Positions 14,790 to 28,946 of a DNA stretch of 64,000 nucleotides are shown here, piece after piece. A program made the position numbers and the translations under genes. The DNA comes from Tubulanus polymorphus (taxonomy: Eukaryota; Animalia; Nemertea): contig NC_134032.1 of the NCBI RefSeq assembly GCF_964204645.1, positions 7,738,275-7,802,274 on the forward strand. The letters run 5' to 3'. Below the pieces are notes generated by a model. It saw nothing but the letters and a program-made list of their open reading frames with translations. It did no database searches and was not told the DNA's origin. Position 1 is the first letter of the stretch, and every line of letters starts with the position of its first letter.

Positions 14790-15600
14790 AAATCATAGAA
14801 ATATGGGTTTTCCCAGTAGAGCAACCCAAGCCATCGAAATCCCAAAACAGGGTAGGGTGTTCATATCATTAATGATTGTAGTCTTTCACTCAGATAGAAC
14901 ATCAAGAGAAAATTGAGAGATCTAGCCCACAGATCATTGGGAACAAGTTTTAAATTGATTAAATCTGTAGGACTGGTAGCGATTCATAGAAATATGGGCC
15001 CTAGCCTCTGGAGCACCCCTTGGCTACAAATCCAAAAAAAACTATATTTTTTAGAGCTTGGGCCACAGATCAGTGGTACCTAGTTTTATGTGCATCTGAT
15101 ATAAACTGTAGGACTAGTAGCGATTCATATCGCTATGGGTCGAATTAAATTCGAATGGCTCTATTTTGTTTTAGGCCTTGGCCCATAGATCATTGGTATT
15201 AAGTTTTATTTTGATCCAACTAAAACAGTAAGACTAGTAGCGATTCATAAAAATATGGGCCCCAGGCCATAGGGCACCCCCTAGGGGTAGAATAAAAAAT
15301 GGCTCTATATTGTTTTAGGCCTTAGCCAAAAGATCAATGGTACCAAGTTTTATCTTAATCCAAGTAAAACGAGTGATTCATAAAATATGGGTCCCAGGCC
15401 CTAGGGCACCCCTGTGGATCAAATCCAAAAATCGGCTCTATATTGTTTTAGGCCTCAGACCATAGATCATTGGTACAAAGTCATATAGTGATCTCATCAA
15501 AACTGTAGGACAAGTAGCGATTCATAGAAATATGGGCCCCAGGCCCTAGGCCACCCCTGTATGTGTCAAATCGAAAAAACGGCTCTAGGCTATATTGTTT
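14790..15600. repeat. Degenerate tandem array, ~120-bp unit, about 6-7 copies
   Basis: Recurring aggactagtagcgattcatagaaatatgggccc...ggctctatattgttttaggcc...agatcattggtac. Confidence 0.85.
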
Positions 15601-15767
15601 TATTTCGACCATCTCACCGATGCGGACATTGCTGCTGGAAAGAAAATGGACTTGACGCTCGAACTGCAGCAAATCGTCCCAAACTTACAAAGTGTGCACT
15701 TTTATCAGAATTTGAAAGCGAAATAATCTGAAATACCACCGATCACGATCAGCTGCAGACCGTAATC

Positions 15768-17153
15768 GTGAAAGCTGATGATTATATGCATGACATTAAG
15801 ACGAAGATACTCAAAGTTGGTCACCTGCTAAAGGAACCTGCGGCCAGTCCATCCGATGCCATTAGTTCTATTACCCTGTCTGCCCCACCCAAAAGGAAAG
15901 CTACTCATCAAAGTTGCAACTGCCAATGTACGCAGAGCATATCTTGCAATGGTAGATATTTCACGACTCTTCAATTCGGCAGCTGGCAACGACGACAACC
16001 TCACTGAAGTTAAAAAATTCTATTAAAATTATCTACGGGCGCAGCTAAGGGACGAAGCAATGTCTCACAATGTCCACCATGTATCAAAAAGGATCGGTAA
16101 CATCGACAGCGTCTAATGCCGTAAAACCAAAACTGCGTTCGAAAGCCACGATAACCGAAAAACCAAACACTCGTGATGTTGGTGCGTATTATAAAGTAAG
16201 CGGAAACGAGGCTGGTAAAATGACAATGAGCTACAACACAGATAGGGTAGCTCATACTCCGAGTATGGATGCCATTCAAGATCTACAAAGTAAATATGTG
16301 GACAAAATACTTAATCTAATGTCCCAGTTCGATGCGTTACGGCTTGAAGCAAGTGAGGAGCTTCGTGCGGCTTGGAAAACAATCAATGAACTTAATTCCG
16401 TCAATAAAACACAATCGGCACAAATGGAAAATATACAGAACAGTTTAGTTTCTCTGACCGAAAAAGTTCTAACAGTATTACCTACTAATTATGCGATCAA
16501 GAACCGTTAAGCTGTAATAAATGTGCTACTCTCAATGACATGATTGAGAAACACCAGTCTTGCCAAACGTCATTACATGATACAAAGGGACAACTAGTGA
16601 CAGCGCATAGTTAACTGGATACTGCTCACAAATTACTCGACGTGGCAGAAGCTGACGTAGATGCACATCAGAAACGTCTTGCAACTGTATTTGACGAACT
16701 AAAGCGTGCATGTAGATGAGCTTAACAGCGAGTTACTCTCTCCAAAGACCACAAACTCTGCCCTGCTTGACAGTAGGCTGTTTCATCTGGTTTATGGGAA
16801 TACATCTACTGTAAAGGTTAACAAACGTCTGATCGAACATGCTGCAGATACAATGAATGGTCACAACTCTACCAAAACTGATAGAAGTGTCTCCGTTAAC
16901 CAGTCTGTTAAGATCTCTCAGATACCGGAGGACGATACCGGAGGACTCTGAGGTGCTGGTAATTTATAATTCTATCTCCAAATATCTGCGTCATAGGTTC
17001 TTATTTAATGGCGTTTGGACTACCATCAGAAAGTTAGATGGTGGTGATAAGAATATTCTGGGCACCTGTAAATTCCTGCAGTCAGTAAACGCGAATAGGA
17101 ACATTCATACGGTACTCTTACAAGTTATCGATAATTCGATAGCCAGACGTTAA
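15768..17153 (+). pseudogene. Probable decayed LINE ORF1 (coiled coil followed by esterase-like remnant)
   Basis: Heptad-rich segment in 16070-16510; VLVIYNSI and TVLLQVIDNSI resemble degenerate GDSL blocks I and III. Confidence 0.3.
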
Positions 17154-18865
17154 AAGCTGCCAAACTCAGTGTTCAGAAATTGCTTTTGTTTTGTGTTACC
17201 AAATTTCTATGTGCTCCTCCAGCGGTATCTCAGGCGATCACTCGTTAACGCGCCAAAAAGCTGACAAGTGATCGAGTGGCCCGAGAAGTAGAGGTGGTGG
17301 CCCATCATACCTGTCCCTTTTTACAATAGCCAGGTATATACAATGTTATTTTGTTGTTACTCGTTGGCAAAGTTGAATTGAATTGTTCTCAATTGATCAC
17401 TTCAGCAGGGATTCACAGTTGTACAGTAGTGACATAAGGGCCCCTGCGTGTAGAAAGACACCTAGCTTCAAACTCTCAACAGATGTTGAAAGACAGATTA
17501 CAGAATTAAAGTGGCTGTTGATTAGATTACCGACAGCGTTCCACTGCCCACTATTGCCTACTGACTATTTATCAATAAATTTAATCGTCCTACAGGGGTT
17601 TAGGAGAATGGGAGTTGAATGAAAAGTAGTTCCTAATCCTTAAAGAAGTAAAAACAATTGGTCTTCCATCGATCATATTTAGCAGAAAACTAAAGGGATT
17701 ATTCCAATCTGGATGAAATGGTACTTTCAAACATCCAACGTATAGCCCATGATCTATTCCCATATCACAGAAATATCCGGGGCCACTCTTCATAGAATTT
17801 TGAGAGAAATCGTATTCAGTAAACTGGAAAACATAAAGCAGTTTTAGAATATAGCTGTCCTGGTTGCAAGCATCTTGGGCAACGCATGGTTGCTGGGAAT
17901 CATGCATATCCTAGAAGTAACATTACCAGCACCTCCCAATCATGCGCAAACAACTCACTATGCAATTAATACAAGTGAAAGGCTTAAGTGATCTTATGCT
18001 TCTTCCTTCATTTAATATCGTTCATAGTCTTACTGACGAATATCATCACAATGTGTGTTTGGGGGTTGTTCGTAGGATGGTTGGGCATTGGTGTGATGAC
18101 ACTAGGATTTCATAGTGTAACATTAAGAGTAAGATTGACCAGATCTGTTGCAGTAATAAAAACACCTTGTGAAGTTAACAGAAAACCAAGATCTCCATCA
18201 ATTTTGGAAAGGAAATGAATGGAGATTTTTTAACCCGTTAGCACTCAAGCTGCTCTTGTCCGCCCCGCCTATTACTCCTCAAGCCGCCGGAATCCCCCCA
18301 GCACTTTTTTCGTATGCTGCACGAAAATGGAATGGTTAGAGTGGGATTCGAACCAATAGCTTATGATAAATAACACACATAAGTCCTATTTCAAATTCTC
18401 GAGTATTTCGAGTTTGAACATGACACATCTGAGCGCTCACATCAAATCCAAGCAAATGTGGGGGAGGGCAAAAGATATACATCATATGAAAGCCTTGACT
18501 ATTCACAAAATAACACTAACTTGTAATGCGTGGAAATAAACAGCAAATGAGTTATTCGCTATCTTGAATTTTCTGTAGAGTATTTGACGATACATAGTGC
18601 AATTCCTGAGTCCAGCAGTTACAGACGAAAAGCTCAAGCCAATCAATTTGAAATTAAAGAGATTTGTCTTTGAAATGCAAGATAAATTTATGGTATCCAA
18701 AACTGCACTTACAGTTCCCCTTTGTTATTGCATTGAGCTGAATGGGTGATGAGAAGTAATTAAAAGTTAAGCTTAAAAGTAAACAAAATATATGTATTAT
18801 CTGACAGTACAGAAATTTATAGTCTAGGAATGAAGTCTCCCGTAACAATTTACAGTGATCCTGAA

Positions 18866-19456
18866 ACAAGAAAGAAATTCTTAAAATGGGCTTGCTGACA
18901 TGGTTGTACTGAAAGCTTGCCTGGTTGTTATTTCTGTAGCAGAATTATTCGAACTTTGAACTGATTACTTGTGAAAAGAGAGGTGTTGTCTTACATCGTT
19001 ACATATGTTACACACGGGGACTGTATATCGGAATGGTTTTATTGTAGACATGGACCAAGTTAGTGCAAGCTTTTGGATCATTGTTATTTGAATATTGTAG
19101 TGTCTTAACAGAATCTATCATCACGTTGATGTTTGCTAGATTACTTATCGGATTGTGTGGAAATGATTTTGCATAGAAAAATTTACAGCTGAAAGAAAAA
19201 ATGTGACTAACTTGAGTGACTTCAGGTGAAGGGAAGCGAACACGAAAATAGTTAAGAGCCACGATTTGTCTTTTTGAAATAATAAAGACATTAAGCAAGA
19301 TTAAAATACATTTCCTTCAAATGACAATCCACTACGATCATCCAATAAAGTTTATTGCCACCATAGACTACCGTCCCCTGGCTCTTTGAAGAGACAGGGA
19401 ATCAGTCTTCAATTCAATTCAGAATTTATTTTACAGAAAAGCGGTTTTTAAGTTTT
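18866..19456 (-). repeat. Dispersed ~590-bp repeat, copy 1 (probably a retroelement 3' fragment)
   Basis: Colinear with 27855-28456; begins with an (AAGA)n-like run on the plus strand. Confidence 0.75.
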
Positions 19457-20407
19457 AGATATTTAAACTGAAAAATATAAATGTTCATACATAGATTTTA
19501 CGAATGGCTGCTAACGCAAGCACCCGAAGAAAGTAAAAGAAAATTAAAAGAGTTTTTTTAAAAAGTGAAAGTAAATGTTTCATTGTGAAATTTTGTGTCA
19601 ATAAAGAATTAATTGAATTGCCAGCAGGACTATGCCGCGCATGAATATCTATTTCAAGCCTGTACACGCACAACCAAGGTTGGTAAGCGCTGCTGAAATA
19701 ACAACAAGAGAACCACGGATCTTAATATCTTGGGCGCAGAATGTTATCTTTGTAATGTATAGGCGCCATCTGATTGATGCATCTGTAAGGTTTTCCTTGA
19801 ACACTTCATGGATGTGTAAAATCTGCTGATTTCATCGAAATCTAATCAGCAATCATCGCAGCAATACACGAGGTTTGGGCCTATTCGATTGTCTGCGCAT
19901 AATCTTCCGTGAAGTAGCATATCGATTGAATCTTCGGTTATTTGCATAATGAAATAGAGAGTTACATATGAACTTGACATGCAGCAACTGACACCGAGTA
20001 GCTCCCACACTGCGCGCGTAGTACACAATCCGGAGCACTCCTCCTGGGAAACATATTAGTCATGTGATTGCACAAAATGGTGGCAGTTCGGATGATTAGT
20101 TGATTAGTTCTGGTGGTTAAAGATGTCAACTTTTTACCGTGATATTGAGGAGATTCACGCTCAGCTTGAACTATGTAGTGGTTTATGTTGTGCTGAAAAA
20201 TACAAGAGTGAGCGCTACCATTACCCACTTTGTCCATTGACAAAGTTCAAATCGAACAAGATTTCACATGTTCAAAGTCTTGTTTTGAGAAGTCACGCAT
20301 CTAGATTCCAAGAAGGCGTGTCGATGATAATGTTGACGATGGTATCCCTTCAGCCAGGTAAATTTCTCCTAATATTGGGCCCTGTCTCTGTATTTCTCTG
20401 TCCCTAC

Positions 20408-21039
20408 ATTAGCCCTGTGTAGACCCCCGCGGCCCCAGCCAGTCTCTATGCTATAGGCCTATATAGGCCCTGTGTAGCTGGCACCCAAACCCTATATTAG
20501 CCCTGTGTAGCTGGCACCCAGTCCCTATAATATGCCCTGTGTAGCTGGCACCCAGTCCCTATCTTATGCCCTGTGTAACTGATACCTAGTCCCTATATTA
20601 GCCCTGTGTAGCTGGCACCCAATCCCTATATTAGCCCTGTGTAGATGGCACCCAGTCATTATTATGCCCTGTGTAGCTGGCACCTAGTCCCTATATTATG
20701 CCCTGTGAAACTGACACCTAGTCCCTATATAAGCCCTGTGTAGCTGGCACCCAGCCCTATATTAGGCCCTGTGTAACCGACACCCAGTCCCTGTATTAGG
20801 TCCTGTGTAGCTGACACCCAGTCCCTATATTAGGTCCTGTGTAACTGGCACCCAGTCCCTATATTAGGCCCTGTGTAATTGACACCCAGTCCCTGTATAT
20901 AGGTCCTGTGTAGCTGACACCCAGTCCCTATATTAGGTCCTGTGTAGCTGACACCCAGTCCCTATATTAGGTCCTATGTAACTGACACCCAGTCTCTGTA
21001 TTAGGTCCTATGTAACTGACACCCAGTCTCTGTATTAGG
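20408..21039. repeat. Minisatellite, ~31-33-bp unit, about 19 copies
   Basis: Unit ccctatattag(g)ccctgtgtagctggcacccagt. Confidence 0.95.
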
Positions 21040-21103
21040 ACTTTTGACATCAATATCAGGCACTCCTTTATCCTGACTCAATTAGCATTGCGTTATTCGC
21101 GGT

Positions 21104-21629
21104 ATGAAATGTAAGCGCAATGTTATTGGGAAAGAATATGGTAGTCGCCATAAACAACGCACCCAGTCATACTTTTCAGCAGAATGTATTTCTAGTTATA
21201 ACGACATGCTTTGGAGTTCATTTCCTTTCTTTGGTAGGTTCAGTATCAAATGTTTCAAAGATTGCGCAGCAAGAACACACTACCATTACTATTACTGCCC
21301 ATATCAATCATCTGAAAAAGCAAGGATATTGAAACATGTGAATACTGGTGACTGTGGGTCGAAAAAACCAAGATCTGTTCATTTAAAGCAAGTGAATGAT
21401 AGCAGTGATGTGCAGCCAGTTGGTTGTCCATTATGCGGTAAGAAGTTTAGCCGTCAGTGGGAAAAACAACACATTGCAACTTGCCGCATGCAACAATGCC
21501 CATCCAGTGAAGCAATATCAAAGTTATATCACCACAAATCTGTTGAAGTTGACACAAACAATGGTATATTCGCTGTTGATAGGGAATGATATACAAAAAC
21601 TTGTTCTCCCTGTACCGATATATGGTTAA
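21104..21629 (+). pseudogene. Cys/His-rich zinc-finger exon, probably a KDZ (HMGXB3-like) transposon remnant
   Basis: C..C....HYH.YCPY, CPLCGKKF....H...C and HHKSVEVDTNNGIFAV..P.PI. Confidence 0.35.
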
Positions 21630-22916
21630 ATATATTCAAATATCTTATTATTGTGTCTCCTTATCTACCAGGACACTCTCAATCATTACGCTTTGGTTGC
21701 ACTTGTTTTCTGTCTTTCACTGGATTCAATGTTACATGTACGTAAGTATATATGTATTATATGTCAAATGTATTATGTATTCTTCATGGTGTAATTTCAC
21801 TAAGGTTTGAAATCCATGTGCTTTGAAAAAAGACACTGCAGGTCACCTGGAAATATTTCGTAACATGCATAGAGACCATCAGCACTCGCCCATACTCAAT
21901 TATTAGGTACACGCACTCCAATTTTCCTATACAGAACCAAGCACCGGGTAATATTTGTCAAGTGTTCATGTGTTAAGCAGCACCCATCAGAGGCAAGTCA
22001 ACTCCTGATATTTTGACTTTATTTGTAATGTTGACATTTTGCAATATTGTCTAAAAAAATTGTACCCTGCATATAGCGTTTGGGCGGTGGTTGATCGGAG
22101 TTGACAGCATTTTGATAGTGAGTGGATATTAATTCATAAAAATTGTCTATAAAGAATTTATTGAAACAGTCTTTGGATCGGCTGCAAACACCTATCGACG
22201 GAAGCAATGAGGGGCCACTAGTTCTCACGTGTGTCGATCGACTTGACGCGATATGTCGACATTATGGCGACTTGTTGAGTTGGAACACGACAACTAGAGG
22301 CCCCTTATCGCTTCCGTACCACCTTGTGAATTTTATTCATTTCACCGTTTTATGGGCAATATTTTTTAGTTTTTAATTTTTTGGTGTACGTGGACCAGGT
22401 GACCAACTGATTAGTTGCGTATTCAGAATCTCTCTTGATTGTTGGTTGTGTAATTTCCGTTGTTGTTACCGTGTAGCCTATTTGCTTCGTGACTAAATTC
22501 TTAGGTAACAAATAAAGATCCTTTATATAGAAATATATTTGAGCATTTTTGTTTCATTTTCTGTTATGCATTATTCTTTCTTACAAAACTTTCAAAACAA
22601 ATTTTTGCCTACATGCATGAAGTGTGAATCATCCCATATGAAACCTTTTCTTTTTAGTTCAAACATCTTTTTAATCTGGTCCTACTAAAAAAATTCAAGA
22701 TCAAACATAATATTATTCCGATTTAAGTATAGAGAAATTCTGATTAATATCAAACTCAATGTTCTTTAGAGAGGGTTGCATGTAACACCGAAGACTAATT
22801 AGTGTGACTTAAACATTCATTACAATTAATTCCAAAAAAGAAAGATTAAACTTAACACCATTTAGATTTAAAAGTATAACTGAAGAACTATCTGGTAGTT
22901 TTAGACTATCCCTTAA

Positions 22917-23204
22917 CCCTTTCAGTGCTGGCTAATTAATACCCTTTAGTGCTGAAGATAATTTGAAAATTCTGAAAAATTCCACCCTAGTATGTTGAAT
23001 AACGGGAATAGCACTATAGTGCGTCTACACCCTGGCGCGGTATATCGTTAGTTACTAATATTTCACTATGTTTGACAGGTGCTGCCATCTTTCAAGAGAG
23101 ATAATTAGTAATTACTAATTAAATCAATACACCACAGTGCGGTGTACTAGCAAAATCCATCACTGATTCGTACACTGCATTGCGGTGTAGACGCACTGAA
23201 AGGG
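22917..23204. mobile_element. piggyBac-type MITE
   Basis: 12-bp TIR CCCTTTCAGTGC at both ends; TTAA at 22913-22916 and 23205-23208. Confidence 0.9.
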
Positions 23205-24989
23205 TTAATCCGAACTTCAAAATAGGAAATTAAAATGATACTCGATTCAAATTTTTCTGACTATCGTCACGGATGCACTTCATGCTTTGATTTTCCAGGC
23301 TGCAAAACGATTTTCATTTTGATTTTTGGATTGTTTGGAAATCTTTTAGATAATCCACCTATTAAAATCGAACAGGTTTAAAGAATCATTTCATAAACAT
23401 GAGCCACTGATCACACCCGAAATTTATGTATGTATCTGAAAGTACCGATTGTGTTTGGTAGTAACATATTCTGGGATTTGAACCTAGTAGCAATAATTTG
23501 CCTAAAACTATGCTATTGAAGCCACCTTTGGCAAGAGAGGTACTACTTGGTGTCAGTTACCACACAGTGTGGCAGCTACTCGGTGTCAGTTGCTACATGG
23601 TGAGTGGATACTGTTGGAAATAGATATGGGGAGACGGAATCGATACTACGGCTATCAAATTAAAAATAAACATATAAGACTCTCCCATGGCTGGGAAATA
23701 AGAAACTAGAACCGAGCAGATTAATAGATGAGAAGATTAAAAGACCGGTTTGTCTGCATCAATCGAATATGGCCTTACATTGATTCATTTTTTATGAAAC
23801 AAAATGCTCCTTGAAATTTCTTTAAAAATCGCCATAAATTCGTCGATTTCTCTTAAATGAACGCGATATTCAAAATTCCATTTCCAACAGATTTTAGCCG
23901 CATGACAAGGTACATGTTGCACATAAACATAGTAGATTGCATGACTTTGGGTCAAAGTTATAACCTCATTTGTTAGCAAAAATTCGATTTTTGGACCCAT
24001 TACAACATCTAGATAAAAACGATTAAACAAAATCATAAAACAATGAAAACGACAACCGTTATAGCCATTATACCAAAGGAACCTAGATTTTGTTACTGCA
24101 TTAAATGTGTGTAAATATCAGGCCCAAGAAAGGTTCTAACGAAAGTAATCGACGCCTAAGCAAGTTATCAAACTGTGTGATAGCAATATAGGCTTGCAAG
24201 CATGCAAGCCCATGAAAAAACACAGAAATACTGTCGCCATAACTAGAATAGCTATAATATTTTGTAAAATTACGTCAGTCGATCTTATAATTGTCAAAAC
24301 TTTATAGATATAAAGCAAAATAAAACAGAAAATAGCAATATCATAGTAAAGGAAGTGTTGATTCAAATTGTATGGATATACGGACAGAACATTTTCCACG
24401 ATGGGTTAGAAACTGTGGACCTTTATAGGCCTCATCAGCATTCATCAAGATCATCAGGCATCACATGTACAACATTTTGCTGAGAGGGCTATCACAGTGC
24501 GGAATTTATTTCAAGCCACCCCTGCAATGGTAGTTGTTGGCGCAGATTGTAGTTGTGGAATGAAGAGTAGCAAATCTTTAACATGCATGACGAAACGAAA
24601 ATCCATCAAACAGTGAAAACTATGCCGATGCTGAAAAACATGATAACATCATCTCTTCATCAGATAATCGCATCGACTTTTGTAAATAATACCCCATTAC
24701 ACTATCCGCTAGAAGGAACCTTAGCCCCAGCAGCAGTTTCATACGTTTAATAATTTTTAGTCCCACAATCAGTGGATTCCAGATCAAGGAGCCTGAAAAA
24801 TGATCCAGTCCACTGATCTGGCTAATTTTGATTACAAATACCTCAGCCAGGTTTCAGATATTCAAGGTGGGGAGGAGGAAAGAGCAATGTATATGCAAGT
24901 AAAATAATAATAATTTGACAATATCCATGAGTACCGATGTGCAATGAGAACCAATGATGATGCTTCAGTCTTTGGCTATTGTAAGTAAT

Positions 24990-27215
24990 TTTGAATGATC
25001 TGCCACCTAATTTATGCAAGAAAAGTCACATAGCAGCTTGGGTGGGGTTTGTTTGTTCACACACACAACTAGTTTACACAACTCCAGATAAAGTTAGTGC
25101 ATAGGCTACACTCAGAGAGTAAGAGATAGACGAAGAAGAAATCTTATGCATGATGATAATCATTGCAGCAGCAATCAAAAAGAAAAAAGATTACAAAAAA
25201 GAAAAATAAACATCAATGGGAGCGACCATGGATATCACGCCGTGTGTCAGATGGTATATATCACCGCTTGATTCCAGAAATTTTGGAAGAGGATCCACTC
25301 TCATATAAAAACTATCTGAGAATCACAAATTTGCAAGTTTGATGAGATCTTATCGAAGATTTCTCCCCTCATTGAAAAAAAGATACTCATATGAGAAGAG
25401 CAATTCCCGCAGACGAAAGGCTTGCTGTAACATTGCATTTTCTAGCAACAGGTAAGATATTGGATATCAGTTATTGCATGGAACTTCCACTAAAATTTAC
25501 CTACAACTATTGATTTTCTACATTAACAGCGTATCATTTTCATTTCAAGGTGAATCCTTGCAGTACAGTTTTCGAATCCCCAAAAACACACTGTCTACTA
25601 TCATTCAAATCTGATTGATTCTTAATTTTGTGAGCTCTTTCATTAGCTCATTTTCTATTTTTGATAATTGCAAAGCTAAGTCCTTTGCAGTTAATATCGT
25701 CTTCCGTTTCAATTTTTCCGTTTTAATTTTGATTGATCTGCCACCTAATTTATGCAAGAAAAGTCAAATAGCAGCTTGGTTGGGGTTTGTTTGTTCACAT
25801 TGTTCACACATACAACTAGTTTACACAACTCCAGATAAAGTTGTGGTCAGTGCATAGGCTACACTCAGAGAGTACGAGATGGACGAAGAAGAAATCTTAT
25901 GCATGATGATAATCATTGCAGCAGCAATCAAAAAGAAAAAAAAATTACAAAAAAGAAAAATAAACATCAATGGGAGCGACCATGGATATCAGGCGTGTGT
26001 CAGATGGTATATATCACCGCTTGATTCCAGAAATTTTGGAAGAGGATCCACTCTCATATAAAAACTATCTGAGAATCAAAAATTTGCAGTTTGATGAGAT
26101 CTTATCGAAGATTTCTCCCCTCATTGAAAAAAAGATACTCATATGAGAAGAGCAATTCCTGCAGACGAAAGGCTTGCTGTAACATTGCATTTTCTAGCAA
26201 CAGGTAAGATATTGGATATCAGTTATTGCATGGAACTTCCACTAAAATTTACCTACAACTATTGATTTTCTACTAACAGCTTATCATTTTCATTTCAAGG
26301 TGAATCCTTGCAGTACAGTTTTCGAATCCCCAAAAACACACTGTCTACTATCATTCAAATCTGATTGATTCTTAATTTTGTGAGCTCTTTCATTAGCTCA
26401 TTTTCTATTTTTGATAATTGCAAAGCTAAGTCCTTTGCAGTTAATATCGTCTTCCGTTTCAATTTTTCCATTTTAATTTTGATTGATCGGCCACCTAATT
26501 TATGCAAGAAAAGTCACATAGCAGCTTAGTTGGGGTTTGTTTGTTCACACACACACACACACACACAACTAGTTTACACAACTCCAGATAAAGTTAGTGC
26601 ATAGGCTACACTCAGTGAGTAAGAGATGGACGAAGAAGAAATCTTATGCATGATGATAATCATTGCAGCAGCAATCAAAAAGAAAAACAAATTACAAAAA
26701 AGAAAAATAAACATCAATGGGAGCGACCATGGATATCACGCCGTGTGTCAGATGGTATATATCACCGCTTGATTCCAGAAATTTTGGAAGAGGATCCACT
26801 CTCATATAAAAACTATCTGAGAATCACAAATTTGCAGTTTGATGAGATCTAATCAAAGATTTCTCCCCTCATTGAAAAAAGATACTCATATGAGAAGAGC
26901 AATTCCTGCAGACGAAAGGCTTGCTGTAACATTGCATTTTCTAGCAACAGGTAAGATTTTGGATATCAGATATTGCATGGAACTTCCACTAAAATTTACC
27001 TACAACTATTGATTTTCTACATTAACAGCTTATTATTTTCATTTCAAGGTGAATCCTTGCAGTACAGTTTTCGAATCCCCAAAAACACACTGTCTACTAT
27101 CATTCAAATCTGATTGATTCTTAATTTTGCGAGCTTTTTCATTCGCTCATTTTCTATTTTTGATAATTGCAAAGCTAAGTCCTTTGCTGTTAATATCGTC
27201 TTCCGTTTCAATTTT
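24990..27215. repeat. Tandem triplication of a ~740-750-bp unit holding the 5' part of a Harbinger transposase
   Basis: Units start near 24990, 25728 and 26478 (gatctgccacctaatttatgcaag...); near-identical, differing mainly in a (CA)n tract and A runs. Confidence 0.95.
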
Positions 27216-28946
27216 TTTCAGGTTCATTTTTTCTCTCTCTGACTTCCTTCAAAGTCACGATTGCCTGCCTCATCACATTGTCCTCTGGTTTCGATAGTTT
27301 GTTTTTTGGCAGTAGAACATTTTTGAGTTTTCTTTTTTTTCCGTTTCAATGTGTCTAGTTGAAGTAGGTGGGGTTGGCGACATTGACACCCTGCTAAACT
27401 GCGACTCATTCACATATTGATCATCATCTTCACTCTCAACCTCATCGCATTCCTCATTCTCTTGTGTGTCCTGAGTTGTCAAATTCAATTCTAACTCTTG
27501 ACTTATAGACTGATTCTACGAAACAATAAATAACATCATTATTACTTAAATGAAATGCGATGTTAATTTCTTATCTTGTTCAAAATACAAGTGAAGATGG
27601 CAGATAATCGCTGATAAATTTGAAACAATATGGAATTTTCCGAACTGTATTGGTAGCCTCGATGGAAAACATATCAGAATACGACTTCCAAAGAAATCTG
27701 GCTCTTTGTATTATAATAACAAAGGTTTGAAAAGCATTGTGCTTCTTGGCTTGGTCGATCCAAATTACAAGTTTATATATGTTGACGATGGAAGTTCGGG
27801 CAGAGCTAGTGATGGAGGCATCTTCAGAAATTCTTCTCTCTGCGATGCAATAAAGAAGAAGAAAGAAATTCTAAAAATGGGCTTGCTGACATGGCTGTAC
27901 TGAAAGCTTGCTTGGTGGTTTTGTATTTCTGTAGAATTAATCGATCTTTGAACTGATTACTTGTTAAAGAGCTAAGAGATCGGTGTTGTCTTACATCATT
28001 ACATAAAATGTTACACACGGGGACTGGGAATCGGAATGGTTTTATTGTAGACGCGGATCAAGTTAGTGCAAGCTTTTAGATAGTTGTTATTTGGATATCG
28101 TAGTGTCTTAACAGAATCGATCATCATGTTGATGTTTGCTAGATTACTTATCGGATTGTGTAGAAATGATTTTGCATAAATAAATTTACAGCTGAAAGAA
28201 AAAACGTGACTAACTCGAGTGACTTCAGGTGAAGATAAGCGAAATGCGAAAATAGATGAGCCACGATTTTTCTTTTTAAAATAATAAAGACATTAAGCAA
28301 GATTAAGTTACATTTCCTTCAAATGACAATGCACTACGATCATCGATAAAGTTTATTGCCACCATAGGCTACAGCCCCCTGGCTCTTTGAAGAGGCAGGG
28401 AACCAGTCTTCAATTCAATTCAGAATTTATTTTGCAGAAAAGCGGTTTTTAAGTTTCATGGGCCTGAATTTTCCTAGAGGAAACGCAATGAGTCCAGGAA
28501 CAAGGACAAGTCTCATGACAATTGTTGCAGATGACGCATTTCCTCTTAAGAATTCTATCAAGAAGCCCTATCCTGGATGTAGCTCAACAAGAAATAGACG
28601 AATTTACAACTACCGTCTTTCCCGTGCACGAAGAGTAGTGGAGAATGTATTTGGGATATTGGCCAATCGTTTCATGATTTTTCATACAGCAATATCTTTG
28701 TCACTGGACAAAAATGAGCTTGTAACACTCGCAACAGTTGTGTTACATAATTATCTAATTGGGGAGAATGTTGATGCAACATTTGACTGAGAAGACCCAG
28801 TTACTTGGAACTTGGAGTCAGGCATTCAGATGAGCCAGATTGAGCGGCAAAATACTAATATGAGTTCAAACAGCGCTCAAGCTGTCCTGTGTAAATATTT
28901 CTTGAGTGATAATGGCCAGGTTTCATGGCAGTGGAATATTGAATGA
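26626..28946 (+). pseudogene. Harbinger/PIF DDE transposase (spliced, disrupted)
   Basis: WERPWI, YKNYLR, ERLAVTLHFLATG then GT..AG intron, FRIPK; WNFPNCIGSLDGKH, GRASDGGIF, ADDAFPL, RLSRARRVVENVFGILANRF, ending GQVSWQWNIE-stop at 28944-28946; interrupted by an insertion at 27855-28456. Confidence 0.9.

Noticed and set aside
18338-18360. tRNA-like GGTTCGAATCCC motif on the minus strand (similar one near 29190)
   Set aside because: Only a B-box/T-arm, no cloverleaf; at most a SINE fragment.
20408-21039. CRISPR-like periodicity of ~32 bp
   Set aside because: Units are head-to-tail with no unique spacers, no cas genes, eukaryotic context; it is a minisatellite. The same applies to 60075-60380.
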